A stretch of DNA of 64,000 nt from assembly GCF_009914755.1 (NCBI RefSeq), contig NC_060933.1; one strand, given 5' to 3'. Below the pieces are notes generated by a model. That model made no database searches. It was given only the letters and a program-made list of their open reading frames with translations, and was not told where the DNA came from. This DNA comes from the human T2T-CHM13v2.0 reference genome, Homo sapiens. Of this stretch, positions 43,056-57,844 are shown piece after piece. The stretch's first letter is position 1, and every line of letters starts with the position of its first letter. Both the position numbers and the translations under genes were made by a program.

Positions 43056-43910
43056 CACTAGGTACTCGCTCACTAATTTTATACCTGAAAATTAATTCCT
43101 TGAGATGGCTTAACTTCTGCTATATGCACTTCTCCTTCTTAGACTGCACACTAATTCATGGCTAATTCTTTTTGTTTTAATGCATTATTAAGGATTAATC
43201 TTCAGGGATTATGTTTAACCATTTAGCCTCTGTATTTCCTGGCACTCTTTTAAGAATTATTTTGTGCTTATTATTTTTCCTAAGGGATATAAAAATAAAT
43301 ATTGAATAGGAAATGGTTCATAGCCCATAGCCAGTTGGATTGGTAAAATTAATGCATCTGAAATGATTATAGGACATTTTAAGATATAATGTGGTATATT
43401 TAGAATCATGTGAGTCCAAAAGTTTAAATTGTGTAAGTCTAAAAGTAAGTTTAGGAGGAGTTCAGAGAAAATCAGTGTGGCTGGAATAGTCTATTTAGCT
43501 TTTCTTATTTTATTTTTTGATGAAATGTAACTTGAACTGGTCTCTGAAGACTAGGCAGAATTTGAATAGATATCAAGGACGTCAGGACATTCCTTGGGTG
43601 AGGAAGGTTTAGTGAAGGGTGGTGAAGGTTATTGAGTCCATGGGAGAAGTGAAAATGAGGTGTGGTATTAATAAGGAAAGAAAGGGTTGATTACCAGATG
43701 AAAGAGTTTGATGTGGAAAATACTTGTAAATCACTTTATGTTTCTGAGTAAGGAAGTAATGAAACATACGTACAAGTAATCAGTAAGACTTGTTAGACAG
43801 CTGTTGTTCAGTACTATGCTCAGTGTTTGAGAAGCTATGTAGGATATATATTGTGATCATGTGTTTTCAGGGATCTTATATTCTGATTAGACTGTTAAGA
43901 TTGGTGGTCA

Positions 43911-44340
<430 letters not shown>

Positions 44341-45994
44341 CTAGCATTTTTGCTGGGCCTTGAGGGATAAGGAAGACTCGTGAAGGTATAGTTTATATAA
44401 GCAGACAGAAGGGTATTGTGGGCAGGGATAATGAAGTGAGCAAAGGTATGGAGATAAAACATTGTTTTATATGAAGAACAATGAGGAGAGAAGTCTGATT
44501 TGTTCAAAATTGATTGAAAGATACAGTGATAAAGCTCAAAAGTAAGGAATTCTGGGGGCAATTTTGTGAAGACCGAATGCAAGTTGGCTAAGTGGGATTT
44601 CTTTGTTCTCTTGAACTTTTCCAAAATTTTTTCCCCACACAAGTAGTAGAGTTGTCTCTTCAAGCAGAATGTTGCTAAATAACCTCCATGTGTAAAAGAG
44701 ACAAACGCGGCGTTGCCTTAATCAACTTGGGTTGAAGAATGTGGAGCTTACCAGGTTCCACCAGTGTAGCCACAGAGGCACATCAGTAGCACCCTTATTG
44801 CCCTGAGGAACAGTTTGAAGAATTTTGCACTAAGCCTTAAGAAGCTGTTAAAAGTTTTAGGGCAGGCCTAGAGAAATACTGGTAACATGATTAATCCACT
44901 GGTATGCAGGATAGAGTGGGAGGAAACATGGGATAAGAAAACGATTATAGTATTAGAGATTTAAGGACCTGAGTAAGGATGGTGTTAGTAAGAATAGAAA
45001 AGGAGAAAGAAGAATGGCCTTTCAAAGGGAAAGATCCATAATGTAGCAGCTATTATAAATGACATCACCATGGTTAAATATTTGAATAAACAATGGCTAT
45101 GGATAATCATGTAGAACACTGGAAATAGAGAAAATATTAATAGCAAAGAATATTTAAGGCAAGGATAGTATGTAGAGACAAAGTGTGGAACATTTTAAGG
45201 CAGGAATAGTCAATATTGAATTCCACAGAGACTATGGAATCTAATTTTGATTTGAGGCATTGGTTGGTGAGTGCACAGTTTCTAAATATACAATAATATG
45301 GTTTCTCTGAATTGAGCATGATAGTAACTAGATTAAGATGAGTAAGATTTGAATAGAGAAAGTAAACTCAAGAAAAAGTCAAAGAAAAAAATGATGGCTC
45401 TGTTGATTAAATACAGGGAATGAATGGGAGGAACATGAAATACGAGTACTAAAAATGATCTTAGTGGATTTTTTAAAAAGTTTTTTTTTGTAAACTAAAG
45501 GTATGGAAACTAGTGGAGTATGTAAATGTGAAACCAGTAGTTATTCATTTACTCAAATATGTTGTGTTTGCTCTGTGTAAGGCATTGTGCTAGGTTCTAT
45601 AAAAGATTCATAAAGATTCATTTTCAATAGCAAAAAAAACAGAACCTTGGAATAAACTTAACAGGAAATGTGTGGAGTTTATGAAAAATACTATAAAAAT
45701 GAACAGAGGGATAGTAAGGGAGAGTTGATCAGATGGAAGAGCATACATTTTAAGTGGATGAAGAGACATTATTGAGATGCCAGCTTTCCACAAAATAATC
45801 GATAACCTTGGGGGATTGTTTTATGGCTTGACATAATGATCTTAATATTTGTCTGAAAAATTACTGGGAGATTGGCATAGAAAATTAAAAAAAAAAACAA
45901 ATGGTGACGTGTCCTGCCAGATATTAAATTTGATGATAAGCTTATAACAGTTAAGATAACATAGAACAGGCCAAGGGATAAACAGACCAGAATA

Positions 45995-45999
<5 letters not shown>

Positions 46000-46049
<50 letters not shown>
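46000..46049. repeat. (GT)25 microsatellite
   Basis: Perfect 50-bp dinucleotide run. Confidence 0.95.
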
Positions 46050-46054
<5 letters not shown>

Positions 46055-46771
46055 AGTATAAAGAAGAGTGTAGTACATTATACAGGTGAGATTTTTAATT
46101 TGGGGAAAGGATGGATTAGTTAGTAAGTGATATTGGAGAAAAGTTACATTTCTGCTCCATACTATACATCAAAATAAATTCTAGATAATTTAAAATTTGC
46201 TATTAATATTAAATGAAACTATAAAGTACTAGAAGGAAATGTGAGTGAATTATTTTATATTTCAAGAGGACTTCCTAAGTATGACATAAAAAGTTAGAAA
46301 CTATAGTTACCAATATGACAAGAATGTTCAAGAAACTGGTAGGACTTAACTACAGCTGCATGAACACCTTTTGAATGTGAACAATCATTAAAAACAAAAT
46401 TGAGAGGAAACAGCAAAAAACCCACAAACTATGTGATTAATAAAAGGGCTTTTAGTCTAATTGTATAAAGTACCCTTAATCTAATTACATAAAATAGTCT
46501 AAGAAACCAGTAAAGAAACGCTCTAGTGGGGAATGTGGGCCAAGCATAAGAATTAGTGGTTCCTAGAAGAAGGAACATAAGGAAAATGTTTACCATCACT
46601 ACTAATAAAAATCTAAGTGCCATTTAAATCTGTTAAGATGGCAGATCATGATAAAATGAGCATTCGTATACATATATATATGTGTGTATGTATGTATGTA
46701 TATGGCTATGAGTTTTAGTGACTTTCTTGCTGAAAGGCAATTGGGCCATAGTTACCAAAAGTCTTAAATGT

Positions 46772-46831
46772 GGCTACTGTGGGCACACTGCCTATGAGGT
46801 AGCCCTGCTACGCAAGGAACAGTTTAAAAAA
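46772..46831 (+). mobile_element. Short non-Alu retroposed insert with poly(A) (ERV-LTR-like sequence)
   Basis: GGCTACTGTGGGCACACTGCCTATGAGGTAGCCCTGCTACGCAAGGAACAGTTT + A-run; perfect 15-bp TSD AAAAGTCTTAAATGT 46757-46771 / 46832-46846. Confidence 0.85.
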
Positions 46832-46849
46832 AAAAGTCTTAAATGTAAT

Positions 46850-47345
46850 AGATACTTGTATTTGAATGTTTACAGTAGGATTATTCACAATATCCAAAAG
46901 GTGGAAACAACCCGTGTCTATTAAAAGATGCATAGAAAACCATAATGTGGTATCTACATACAACTGAATGTTACTCAGCCATTAAATGTAATGAAAATCT
47001 AATACATGGTACAACATGGATGAACCTTGAAAACTTTGTGTTAAGTGCAGTAAGCCTGACATAAAGGGACAAATTTTGTATGAGCTCACATAAATGAAAT
47101 ATCTTGAATAGGCAGATTAATAGGTAAAGAAATATATGAAAGGTTACTGGGGGTTGGGTGGGAGAAAGAAGTTGGGGGAGGTTACTTAAAGGGTAGTTTC
47201 TCCTTGGTGGTGATAAAAGTGTTTTGAAAATAGTAACAATGGTTGCACAACATTGTGAGTATAATTAATGATACTGAGTTGTACATTTTAAAACGGTTAA
47301 GATGACAAATCTTACGTTTTATATATTTTACCACAGTAAAAGAGA
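46850..47345 (+). mobile_element. L1MB-type 3' end
   Basis: TTATTCACAATATCCAAAAGGTGGAAACAACCC...TACAACATGGATGAACCTTGAAAAC...GGTTGCACAACATTGTGA...TATATTTTACCACA. Confidence 0.8.
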
Positions 47346-50300
47346 AAAATGACAAAAAATAATGTCACGTTTCACTTACAGGAATTTGTTCTAAGGAATA
47401 ATAGAGTGTATGTAAGGTCTTTACTACAGAGTTGGAAACAACCCAGATGTTTAATAGTAATGAATTGTTTGCTGTGGTATAGTCTATAACCATTGACAGT
47501 GACTGAACAAATATTTAATAGAATATTATGATTTAACAAGTGAAAATATAGGTAGTAAAACAGCATGCACCCATTTTTCATTTAAAAAAATTTATGCCTA
47601 AAAAAGACAATGTTCTATTAAAAATTGAAGTGGTCTTCTTTGGGTGATAGGATTACAGAGGTTTATCAAATGCTTGTTTATACCCTGAAAATGTAAAACT
47701 TAGGTTCTGGTTCTTTTTTATTTTTATTCTTTTAAGGTAAAAGGAGATTTTTGTCTTTAAATATTAATAAAGGGGTCACAAACAGTATATTAATTTTTTA
47801 AAAGGAAAAAACTTTTTATAATTGATTATACCGCTTGCGAGAGTTTGAGATACTCTTAAGAATTCAGGTTAAACTTACAAAATCATTTTTAATACAGAGA
47901 TCAATGAAAAATTATCCAAAGACATTAGCTCCATGTACTGGTAATTGTTACCAAAAGCCTTAAAGTGTACAATTTTTTAAAATCAGTGTGGCAACTATCC
48001 CAGGAATTGGAAGTCTGTGTTTCTTCCCCTAAGATTCAGGTCATGTGTGTATATGTGTGTATTTTAATTTTTAAAGAACATAGGAGTAATGTAGACTCCT
48101 ACTTCTAGCCATGACAGAGTCCCAGGGACTGAATTTACACTCCTGCTTCAAACTAGAAAAGCAGTCTACAAAATAAAATAATTGTTTATAGACATTGGAT
48201 AATAACCAGTATAGGACACTAATCTTAGAAGGGAAATAAAGTGACTTCTGTAGCTCTTCCCACCTTATTGCCTAGAGACAGTTTTGGTACAGGGAAGGCA
48301 GACATACTGAGATCTTGGGCAGGTGGCATCACACTACATTGAAGAGATAGATTTTGAAGTACAAGGAGGCCAAGGTGTCTAGAATTTGTGGATAAAATTA
48401 CTAGAGAGTAGTGAGATGCATCAGGACAGAAGTGATGAGATCCACAAATCTCCACAAAACTCAATGAACCTCTTGAGAGTCTGAGCGAATACTCATCTGT
48501 GCATGTGTGACAAGAAATTACCCAAGGCTGAAGAAAGAATAACTGGAAAGGAGCAGGTGTAGCGATCCGTGGAGCTCATGCGAAACATTTACACCTATAC
48601 ATTTCTCTCTTAGCAGGGCTTTCACTGCATTCCATGTTTTGGCAGTAAAGCTGAAGAACATTTAAGCCAGACCAATCAGGAATTCAGAGAAAGAATAATT
48701 CATTTTATCCCTGGATTATTATTGAATTATTTTATTCCTATTGTGAATAATTCTATAAACATTCAAGTACAGAATTGAAGACCAATCAGGAATAAAATGA
48801 AAGAAGACATAAATTACCATCATTAGTAATGCAAGGAGGAACATCACACAGATCCTAAATTTTATGGAAAATCAATAAATTCAATAACTTAGATGAAATG
48901 GACAAATTCCTTGAAAGTTAAAATTAAGAAGAAATAGATAACCTAAATGGTCTTATTAAAGAAGGTGAATTGTTAGATTAAAATCTTCCAGTAGAGAAAC
49001 ATCCAAGTCCAGATAGCATTAGTAGTATATTATATCACACTTTAAAGAAGGAATAATACCAATTCTTTACAAACTCTTCCAGAATATATAAGGTAACACT
49101 TCCAAACTAATTTTATAAGATTTGTATTACTATTACACAAAACCCAGGCAAGATACTACCAGAAAGCTACAGATCTAGATCCTTCATGAATATAGACACA
49201 AAAAATTATTAACAAAATATTAGGAAATGAATTATGTAATATATTAAAAGATTAATATGTCATGATCAAGTGAAGTTCATTCTAGGAAGAAAGGTTGGTT
49301 TAACGTGAAAATTAAGCAACATTATTTACTGTATTAACAGACTAACAGGAAAAAAATGTTTTCCTCAATAGATGCAGATAAAGCATTTTACAAAGTTTAT
49401 CACCTGTTCATGATAGATTAAAACAATAAACAAAAGTCTTGCAAACTAGGAGTACAAGGGGCACTTTCTTAATCCAATTCAAGGACCTTTTAAAAAACCT
49501 GCAACTAGTGACTGAATGCTCTCACTTTAAAACTGGGAAGAAGACAAGACAGTCCCTTCTCAGATACATTTCTACATTGTACTGGAAGTCAATTGTCTGG
49601 AAGTCATTGTACTGCCAGTGCAATAAGGCAATAAAAAGAAGCTGAAGGCAGACGAAATGGAAAGAAAAATATTAAATCATCTTTAGTTGCAGTTGACATA
49701 AAAATCTAGTTAGAAAATTGGAGAGAATCTCAAATAAGCTACTGGCACTAATAAGTTTAGCAAAATTTTTTGTAAGAAACAAGGTCAGTATTCAACAACT
49801 AATTATATTTCTGTATACTAGCAACAAACAATTGGAACTTGAATTTTTAAATATGCCATTTTCACAGTATCAAAAAATGTGAAATATTAATAGTAATCAT
49901 AGCAAAAATGTATAACACTTTTGCAGTGAACACTATAAGGCAATGCAGAGAAAAAGAATCTAAATAAATGGAGAGTTATATCATGTTCATGGATGAGACT
50001 TTATATTTTTAAGGTTGCAATTTTTTCCAGATGTATCTATTTATTCAGTGCAATATCAGTCAAAATTCCAGCAGGCTTTAAAAAAAACTTAAGTTGAATT
50101 TTCTAAATTGATTATAAAATGTATTTGCAAATGCAAAAGGATCTAGAATACAATGATTAAAACCGCAGGATAGTATTGTGAAGATTAGTATGTAGATGTA
50201 TGGGACAGAAAAGAATCTAGTAGATTTACATAAAGATACCAAACATTTCAGTTGGGAAAGGACAAGCTTTTCAGCAAATTGGTGCTGGACCAATCTATAG

Positions 50301-50419
50301 CCATATGCCAAAAATGAACCATATCTCTTCCATCACACAACATACAGTAATTAACTTGGGACATACTACAGATTTAAATGTAAGAATTATATGAAAATTC
50401 TAAAAGAAAACAGGATATT

Positions 50420-50718
50420 GGCTAGGCACGGTGGCTCATGCCTGTAATCCCAGCACTTTGAGACACCGAGGCGGGTGGATCACGAGCTCAGGAGATCGAG
50501 ACCATTCTGGCTAACAAGGTGAAACCCTGTCTCTACTAAAAATCCAAAAATTAGCTGGGCTTGGGTGGTGGGCGCCTGTAGTCCCAGCTACTCATGAGGC
50601 TGAGGCAGGAGAATGGCGTGAACCTGGGGGCGGAGCTTGCAGTGAGCCGAGATTGCGGCACTGCACTCCAGCCTGGGCGACAGAGCGAGACTCCGTCTCA
50701 AAAAAAAAAAAAAAAAAA
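50420..50718 (+). mobile_element. AluY-like
   Basis: GAGATCGAGACCAT, GAATGGCGTGAACC, GAGCTTGCAG; TSD CAGGATAT. Confidence 0.93.
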
Positions 50719-51458
50719 CCAGGATATCTGAATACCTTGGGTTATATATTTTAATATTTGATACAAAAGGCACAAGCTATAAAAAGAAAAATATAAAATT
50801 TGGACTTAATCAAAATTTAAAATATGTAGACTTCAAAGGATACTTTAATAAGCTGAAAATGCAAGCCACAGACCTGGAAAAAATATTTGCGAAGGATTTA
50901 TGTCTAGAATATGCAAAGAACTCTTACAACTCAATAATAATGAGATGAACAATCCAAGTAAACATGGGCAAAAGATTTATAGATATACTAAAGGAGATAT
51001 ACAAATGGCAAATATAAGCTAATGAAAAGATCAAAATCATTAGTTATTAGGAAAATGAAACTTAAAACCACAATGAGATACTGCTCTTGTCCACTAGAAT
51101 AGGTCATAATTGAAAAGATCAACCATTTCAAATATATGGAGAATGTCAAGTAACAAGAACTTGTATACATTGATAGTCATAATGAAGAATTACACAGACT
51201 GGAAGAGTCTTTTCTAAATATATACCTTACCATCCAACCCAGGAGTTCCATTCCCAGGTATTTACCCAAGAGAACTGAAAACATGTCCACAAAGTGACTT
51301 GAACCTGTATATTCCTACTAGCTGTATTTATAATTGCATAAAAACTTGAAATAACCTGAATGTTCGTCACCTAGTAAACTGATAAGCAAATGTTGATTTA
51401 TCAATTTAAAGGAACAAATTACTGATGCATTCCACAACATGGAGGAGTCTCTAATTCC

Positions 51459-51768
51459 TTTTTCTTTCTTTTTCTCTTTTCTTTTCTTTTTTTTGAGACA
51501 GTCTTGCTCTGTTGCCCAGGCTGAGTGCAGTGGGGCACGACACAGCTCACTCTGCCTCCCAGGTTCAAGAGATTCTTGTGCCTCAGCCTCCTGAGTATCT
51601 GGGATTACTGGTGCACACCACCACACCCAGCTAAATTTTTGGAATTTTAGTAGAGACAGGGTTTTGCCATGTTAGCCAAGCTAGTCTCAAATTCCTGGCC
51701 TCAAGTGATCCACCTGCGTCGGACTCTCAAAGTGCTGGGATTACAGGCATGAACCACAGTGCCCGGCC
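51459..51768 (-). mobile_element. Alu (Sz/Jb-like)
   Basis: TSD-like CTCTAATTC on both flanks. Confidence 0.9.
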
Positions 51769-52047
51769 TCTAATTCTTTATACTAAGTTATTGAAGTCAG
51801 ATACAGTGGACTATGTACTGTATTAATCTTTTCCTATGACTATTCTATAAACGACAAAACTAATGACAAATCAGATCAGTGGTTACCAGGTTTAAATGGA
51901 AGAAATTTTATTATGAAAAAGCATGAAGGAACCCTTTGGAGGCATGAAAATGTTCTGTACCTTAATTGTGTAGATATTACATTATAAATTACTTTATGCA
52001 TTTGATTTTTCAAAATTTATTGTAAAGTTCTGTAAATTATAAAGGTG

Positions 52048-52340
52048 ATTTTATTTATTTATTTATTTTTTTGAGACAGGGTCTCACTCTGTCACCTAGG
52101 CTGGAGTGCAGTGGCACAGTCGTGGCTAACTGCAGCCTCGAACTCCTAGGCTCAAGTAGTTCTCCCACCTCAGCCTCCTGAGGCAAGCAACACCATGCCT
52201 AGCTAATTTATTTTTATTCTTGTTTTTATCTGTAGAGACAGCATTTCAGTTTTGCCCAGACTGGTCTTAAACTCAAGTGATCCTCCTGCCATGCCTTCCC
52301 AAAGTGCTGTGATTACTGGTGTGAGCCCCTGTTTCTGGCC
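52048..52340 (-). mobile_element. AluJ (internally deleted)
   Basis: GCAGCCTCGAACTCCTAGGGCTCAAG. Confidence 0.88.
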
Positions 52341-52424
52341 TGATTTTTAAAATCTGATGAGAAAATATATTGATATAAGAAAATATGAATTTTTATATGA
52401 ATATAAACATGAATGCTTATATGA

Positions 52425-52813
<389 letters not shown>

Positions 52814-52996
52814 TAATATATTACATTGATAATTTAATATTACATTGATTAATGGCTCACAGCTTCTTTGTATAAATGGCTCAAAAAGCCAACAACAGGG
52901 GAGTAGTTAATTCAGGTACATTCAAACAATAAAATGCTATATAAGAATTAAACATCAACATTTTTCTATGAATAAAATGGGCAACTTTTTACAGTA

Positions 52997-54109
52997 TAGT
53001 CATATGTCACTTACTGACAGGGATACATTCCAAGAAATGTGTAGTTAGGTGATTTTATCATTGTGTGAACATCATGGAGTATACTTAAATCTAGATGGCA
53101 TAGCCTCATGCACACCTAGGCCATATGATATCCTATTGCTCCTAGGGTATGAACTTGTACGGCATGTTATTGTACTAAATACTGTAGGAACTTGTAACAC
53201 AGTGGTAAATATTTGTGTATCTAAACATAGAAAAAGTGCAGTAAAAAATATGGCATAAAAGATAAAAGTGGTATACTTGTATAGAGCACTTACTATGAAT
53301 GGAGCTTTTAGAACCAGAAGTTGCTCTGGTCAGGCAGTGAGTAAGTGTTGAGTAAATGTGAAAATTTACATTACTGTAAATTTTATAAGCACTGTACACT
53401 TAGGCTACACTAAATTTATTAACTTTTTTCTTTAATAATAGATTAAACTATGCCAGTTACAACATTTGTATCAACTTTTTACTTTTTAAACTTTTTGATT
53501 CCTATAATACTCAGCATAAAATACACTTTGTGTAGCTATGCAAAAATAATTTGTTTGTATCCTTATTCTATAAGCTTTTTTCTAAAGATTTTTAATTTAG
53601 TTGTTTGTTTGCTTTTTAAACATTTTTGTTAAAACCTCATACACAGAAGCACACATTAGCCTAGGCCTAATAGGATCAGGATCGTTAATATCGCTGTCTT
53701 CCACCTCCAAATCTTGTCCTCTGGAAGGTCTTCAGGGACAAAAACACACACAGAACAGTCATCTCCTGTGGTAAAAATGACTTCTGGAATTCCTCTGAGG
53801 GACCTGTTTTACTGTTAACTTTTTTAAAAAGTAAGTAGAAGGAGTACACATTAAAATAACAATAAAAAGTATAGTAAATAAATAAACCAGAAACAGTCGT
53901 TTATTATCAAGTATTATGTACTGTGCATAATTGTATTGCTAGACTTTTAATGACTGGCAGTGCGGTAGGTTTGTTTACACAAACATGACCCCAAACCTGT
54001 GAGTAATGCATTGTTAAAACATAACAGTGACTACACCATCACTAGGTGATAGGAATTTTATGGGACAGCTGCCATATACTTGTTTTGTTATTGAGATGGT
54101 GTGTGATCA
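52997..54109 (+). mobile_element. Tigger3b/Golem (MER7-family) DNA transposon, ~1.1 kb
   Basis: TA-flanked TAGTCATATGTCACTTACTGACAGGGATACATTC...CTAGATGGCATAGCC...CACACATTAGCCTAGGCCTA...ATCACTAGGTGATAGGAATTTT. Confidence 0.85.
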
Positions 54110-54587
54110 TATATTGAATTGGGAAGAAAGGACATAACAGCAAGATCTCACTTTTGTTGGGAAAAAATGTGGGATGGGGCATTATTTTATGAATGTATAT
54201 ATAGAAAAGATATTAAATATCAAGTGTTTATTGGAGTTAGGTTGGTAGCAGCTTTTCTTTTTTTAAAATAATAAAATATATTTTGAATTTTCTACTCAAT
54301 ATTTTTTCTCTCCATTGGAATATAAGCACCATGAGAATAGGAATTTTTGTTTCTCCTCTGTTGCGATATTGCAGATCCTAGAACAGTATTCCATAAATAT
54401 GTGTATAATGAATTAATTTTTTTATCTAGCTGGACCTCAGACTAGATTTTTTTTCATTGATTTGTTTTTGTTTTAATTACATAGTTGTGATTACTGGAAC
54501 TTTATGGTTCTATGTGGTAGAATAAGTTCTCTTTGTTAGTCATATTTAAATTACTCTAGACTTTTTTTTACACCACTTACAAACGTC

Positions 54588-54918
<331 letters not shown>

Positions 54919-55977
54919 TAAACGTCTTTGGGGCTTTAATTGGAATTGCACTAGTTACGTATATTAATTTGGCATCTTTCAATTAGAAGTTTAAGACATT
55001 AGAATGAATTATTTAGATATTCCATATCTTTCAGTAAACTTCATGGCTTTTTAAATATCAGCTGGCGTATTACTTATTAAATATATTTCTAGATGTTTTA
55101 ATTTTGTTGGTGTTGCTATCGAGATCTGATATACTTTGTGTTTTATATTTGTTCCTGGTTAATAGGTAAGCTGTTGTTTTGTATATTTTTTTATTAAGCC
55201 ACCTTCCTGAAAATTATACATAGTATTTAAAAAATTTATAACTCAACATTAAGTTGATTAATGAAAACCAAACCTTTATACCTTAAACGATACATAATTT
55301 TGTGGTAGAGGAAGTGGCTGTTTTTCTCCATTTTTTTTCACCCTAATTGTTGAAAGCTTCCTATCACAATGGTCAAGTATTTATCATTTAAAACTGAGCA
55401 GACTCTCAATACTTTGGGGGCACATTTCACCTACCCCAAGGCATTAGGCAGAAATGCTGAGGAAGCTGGAAGACTTAGTACTCTGTTCTTTGGTCAGCAA
55501 GTGATAGTTGACCTATAATTAATTAATAGAAGAAGGAAGTACTCTCAGTGTTTTGGGTCTTTTATCAAACAGGTATGTTATTCTTAGGATCTTTTCACTG
55601 TTACTCCCTTTCTGCTATTCTAAAATATAATCCTGGAGTCTCTTCTTTTTGTTGCTGGTTGTCACATTTCTGCAAACAGCAATGTATTGTGTTAATAGTT
55701 ATTTCATTACAGACATTTCTGCGTTTTGGTTTACATGTGTTCTTGCCTTATTTTTCTTAAATTATTTAAAGGAGAGGAGTATGTTTTGTGCAGAATTGTG
55801 TTGATCAGACGTGTACTAAGCAGTTACTGTGTACAGTGCAGCAGTGAAAGGGAATGATAATACTGAGCACTTATGTGCCAGTTCTGAACAGTATCGATGC
55901 GGAAACCAAGAATCTGAAAGAATAGGTGTCTTGTCAAAATTTAGGAAGCTATGGAATGTCCATTTGATTCTAAATTC

Positions 55978-56180
55978 TATAGTCTTAAGCCCTGGCTACA
56001 CATTAGAATCATCTGGAATATTTAACAAATCTCATAGTTTTATTGTACTCCCCCTCACCCTCACCTTTCATCTAGCCAGGAAATTGATTTCTACAGATAG
56101 GGCCTAAGCATCTGGGTGTGTGGGAGAGACATATAATTTTTTAAAGCTGTTACATGATTCTAATTTGCTGCCTTGGTGAA
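55978..56180. mobile_element. MER5A-like hAT fossil
   Basis: CCTGGCTACACATTAGAATCATCTGG...TTTTTAAAGCT...TGATTCTAAT. Confidence 0.65.
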
Positions 56181-56183
56181 GAA

Positions 56184-56350
56184 CAGGAGTCAGCAAACTA
56201 TGCCCCATAGGCCAAATCCAACCAATCTCCTGTTTTTGTACTGCCTTGGAGCTAAGAAGGGCTTTAACTTTTTTAAATGACTGGGAAAAAAATCATGACA
56301 TGAAAATTCTATGAAATTCAAATTTCACTGTCTGTAAATCAAGTTTCGTT
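56184..56350 (+). mobile_element. MER58B 5' fragment
   Basis: CAGGAGTCAGCAAACTATGCCCCATAGGCCAAATCC...GAGCTAAGAA...ATGAAATTCAAATTTCA. Confidence 0.75.
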
Positions 56351-56777
56351 GCAACCAAAGCCTTTGGTAAATTTTTGTTGACATGTCAAGAAATAATTGT
56401 TGAGCAACTTTTTCATCACATACACATAAAGAGATAAAGAAATATTTGGGCTCAGTCCCTTCAAATTGCAAATCATTTCTTCCCTTTCTGTTTGTTCTTT
56501 CGATGAAAGTGTAAATATATTTTTTTATAACTCTTAATATTGGAGAGGAGAAATTGCTAGGCCTAATTCAGTAATCATTTGAACATGTAAGGTCCTAGGG
56601 GTTTGTGTCTTCGTGTTTTATATTGACCAATATTAATTCACATGAGACAGTATTCCCAGGTTGGTGGTGTTGGCTTAAGGGTTTAAAGTAACATCGCCAT
56701 TCTATTTCATTTCCAAATCAAATGTTAATGGATTCCTATAGGTAAGGTATCCCAAGGAAATACTTATTTTCAAAGTA

Positions 56778-56910
56778 CAGATGCTCCTTAACTTACAGTG
56801 AGGTTATATTTCTAAAAGCCCATTGCATGTAGAAAATATTTTAAGTCAAAAATTTATTTAATAAGCCATACCCACCAGACATTATAGCTTAGCCTAGCAT
56901 ATCTTAAGCT
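56778..56910 (+). mobile_element. Tigger4/MER46 fragment
   Basis: TA-CAGATGCTCCTTAACTTAC...ATAGCTTAGCCTAGC. Confidence 0.75.
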
Positions 56911-57423
56911 TGTTCTTGTTTTTATTTGTATTATTTTATTTTAGTCTTAACTTGTAAGGATAGGAATTAAAATAATACCAAATGCTGTCATTTTCCTCAG
57001 CAAATTTTAGGCATATGACCTGGGAAATTGTGAACTACTTTCTCTTTTGGCTTTTGGACTTCCTGTTGGGTTTTGGGTATAATATGCTTATAAAGATAGA
57101 TTTTTATTAATTGTGATTGGACTTCTTACTGAGAGCACTTTCTGAAAATGTTAATTTTCTTAATTGCATACCAGTGTTAAATAATGAGATCACAACTATT
57201 TTTGAACAATTAGAGGTTATGTTCTCTTTAAGAACTGATTCTGTAGTCTCTATCCATAAATCTTTCCTCACCTTGTTTAGTGGTAAGGTCAAGTAACCAT
57301 TAAGTAGACTGAAATATCCCCAGATCAGGCATTCATTCACCATCTTTTAGTATTGCAGTGGAGCCACAGAATTACTAGGAATGGCAGAGAATGGCACTAC
57401 ATGAAGGAATGACAGGAGACTGA

Positions 57424-57844
<421 letters not shown>

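Larger units (their letters stand above)
45610..47700 (+). mobile_element. Highly diverged L1ME-type ORF2/3' relic with nested insertions
   Basis: CTTGGAATAAACTTAACAGGAAATGTG...TTTATGAAAAATACTATAAAA; AAAATAAATTCTAGATAATTTAAA; GACTTCCTAAGTATGAC. Confidence 0.6.
48095..52030 (+). mobile_element. Old L1M (MC/MD/ME-type): 5' piece, ORF2 and 3' end, interrupted by Alus
   Basis: AACTTAGATGAAATGGACAAATTCCTTGAA; CTCAATAGATGCAGATAAAGCATTT; AAAACCACAATGAGATAC. Confidence 0.75.

Noticed and set aside
44590-44830. Locally CpG-containing segment within L2-like sequence
   Set aside because: Probably a degenerate DNA-transposon fossil; family could not be assigned with confidence
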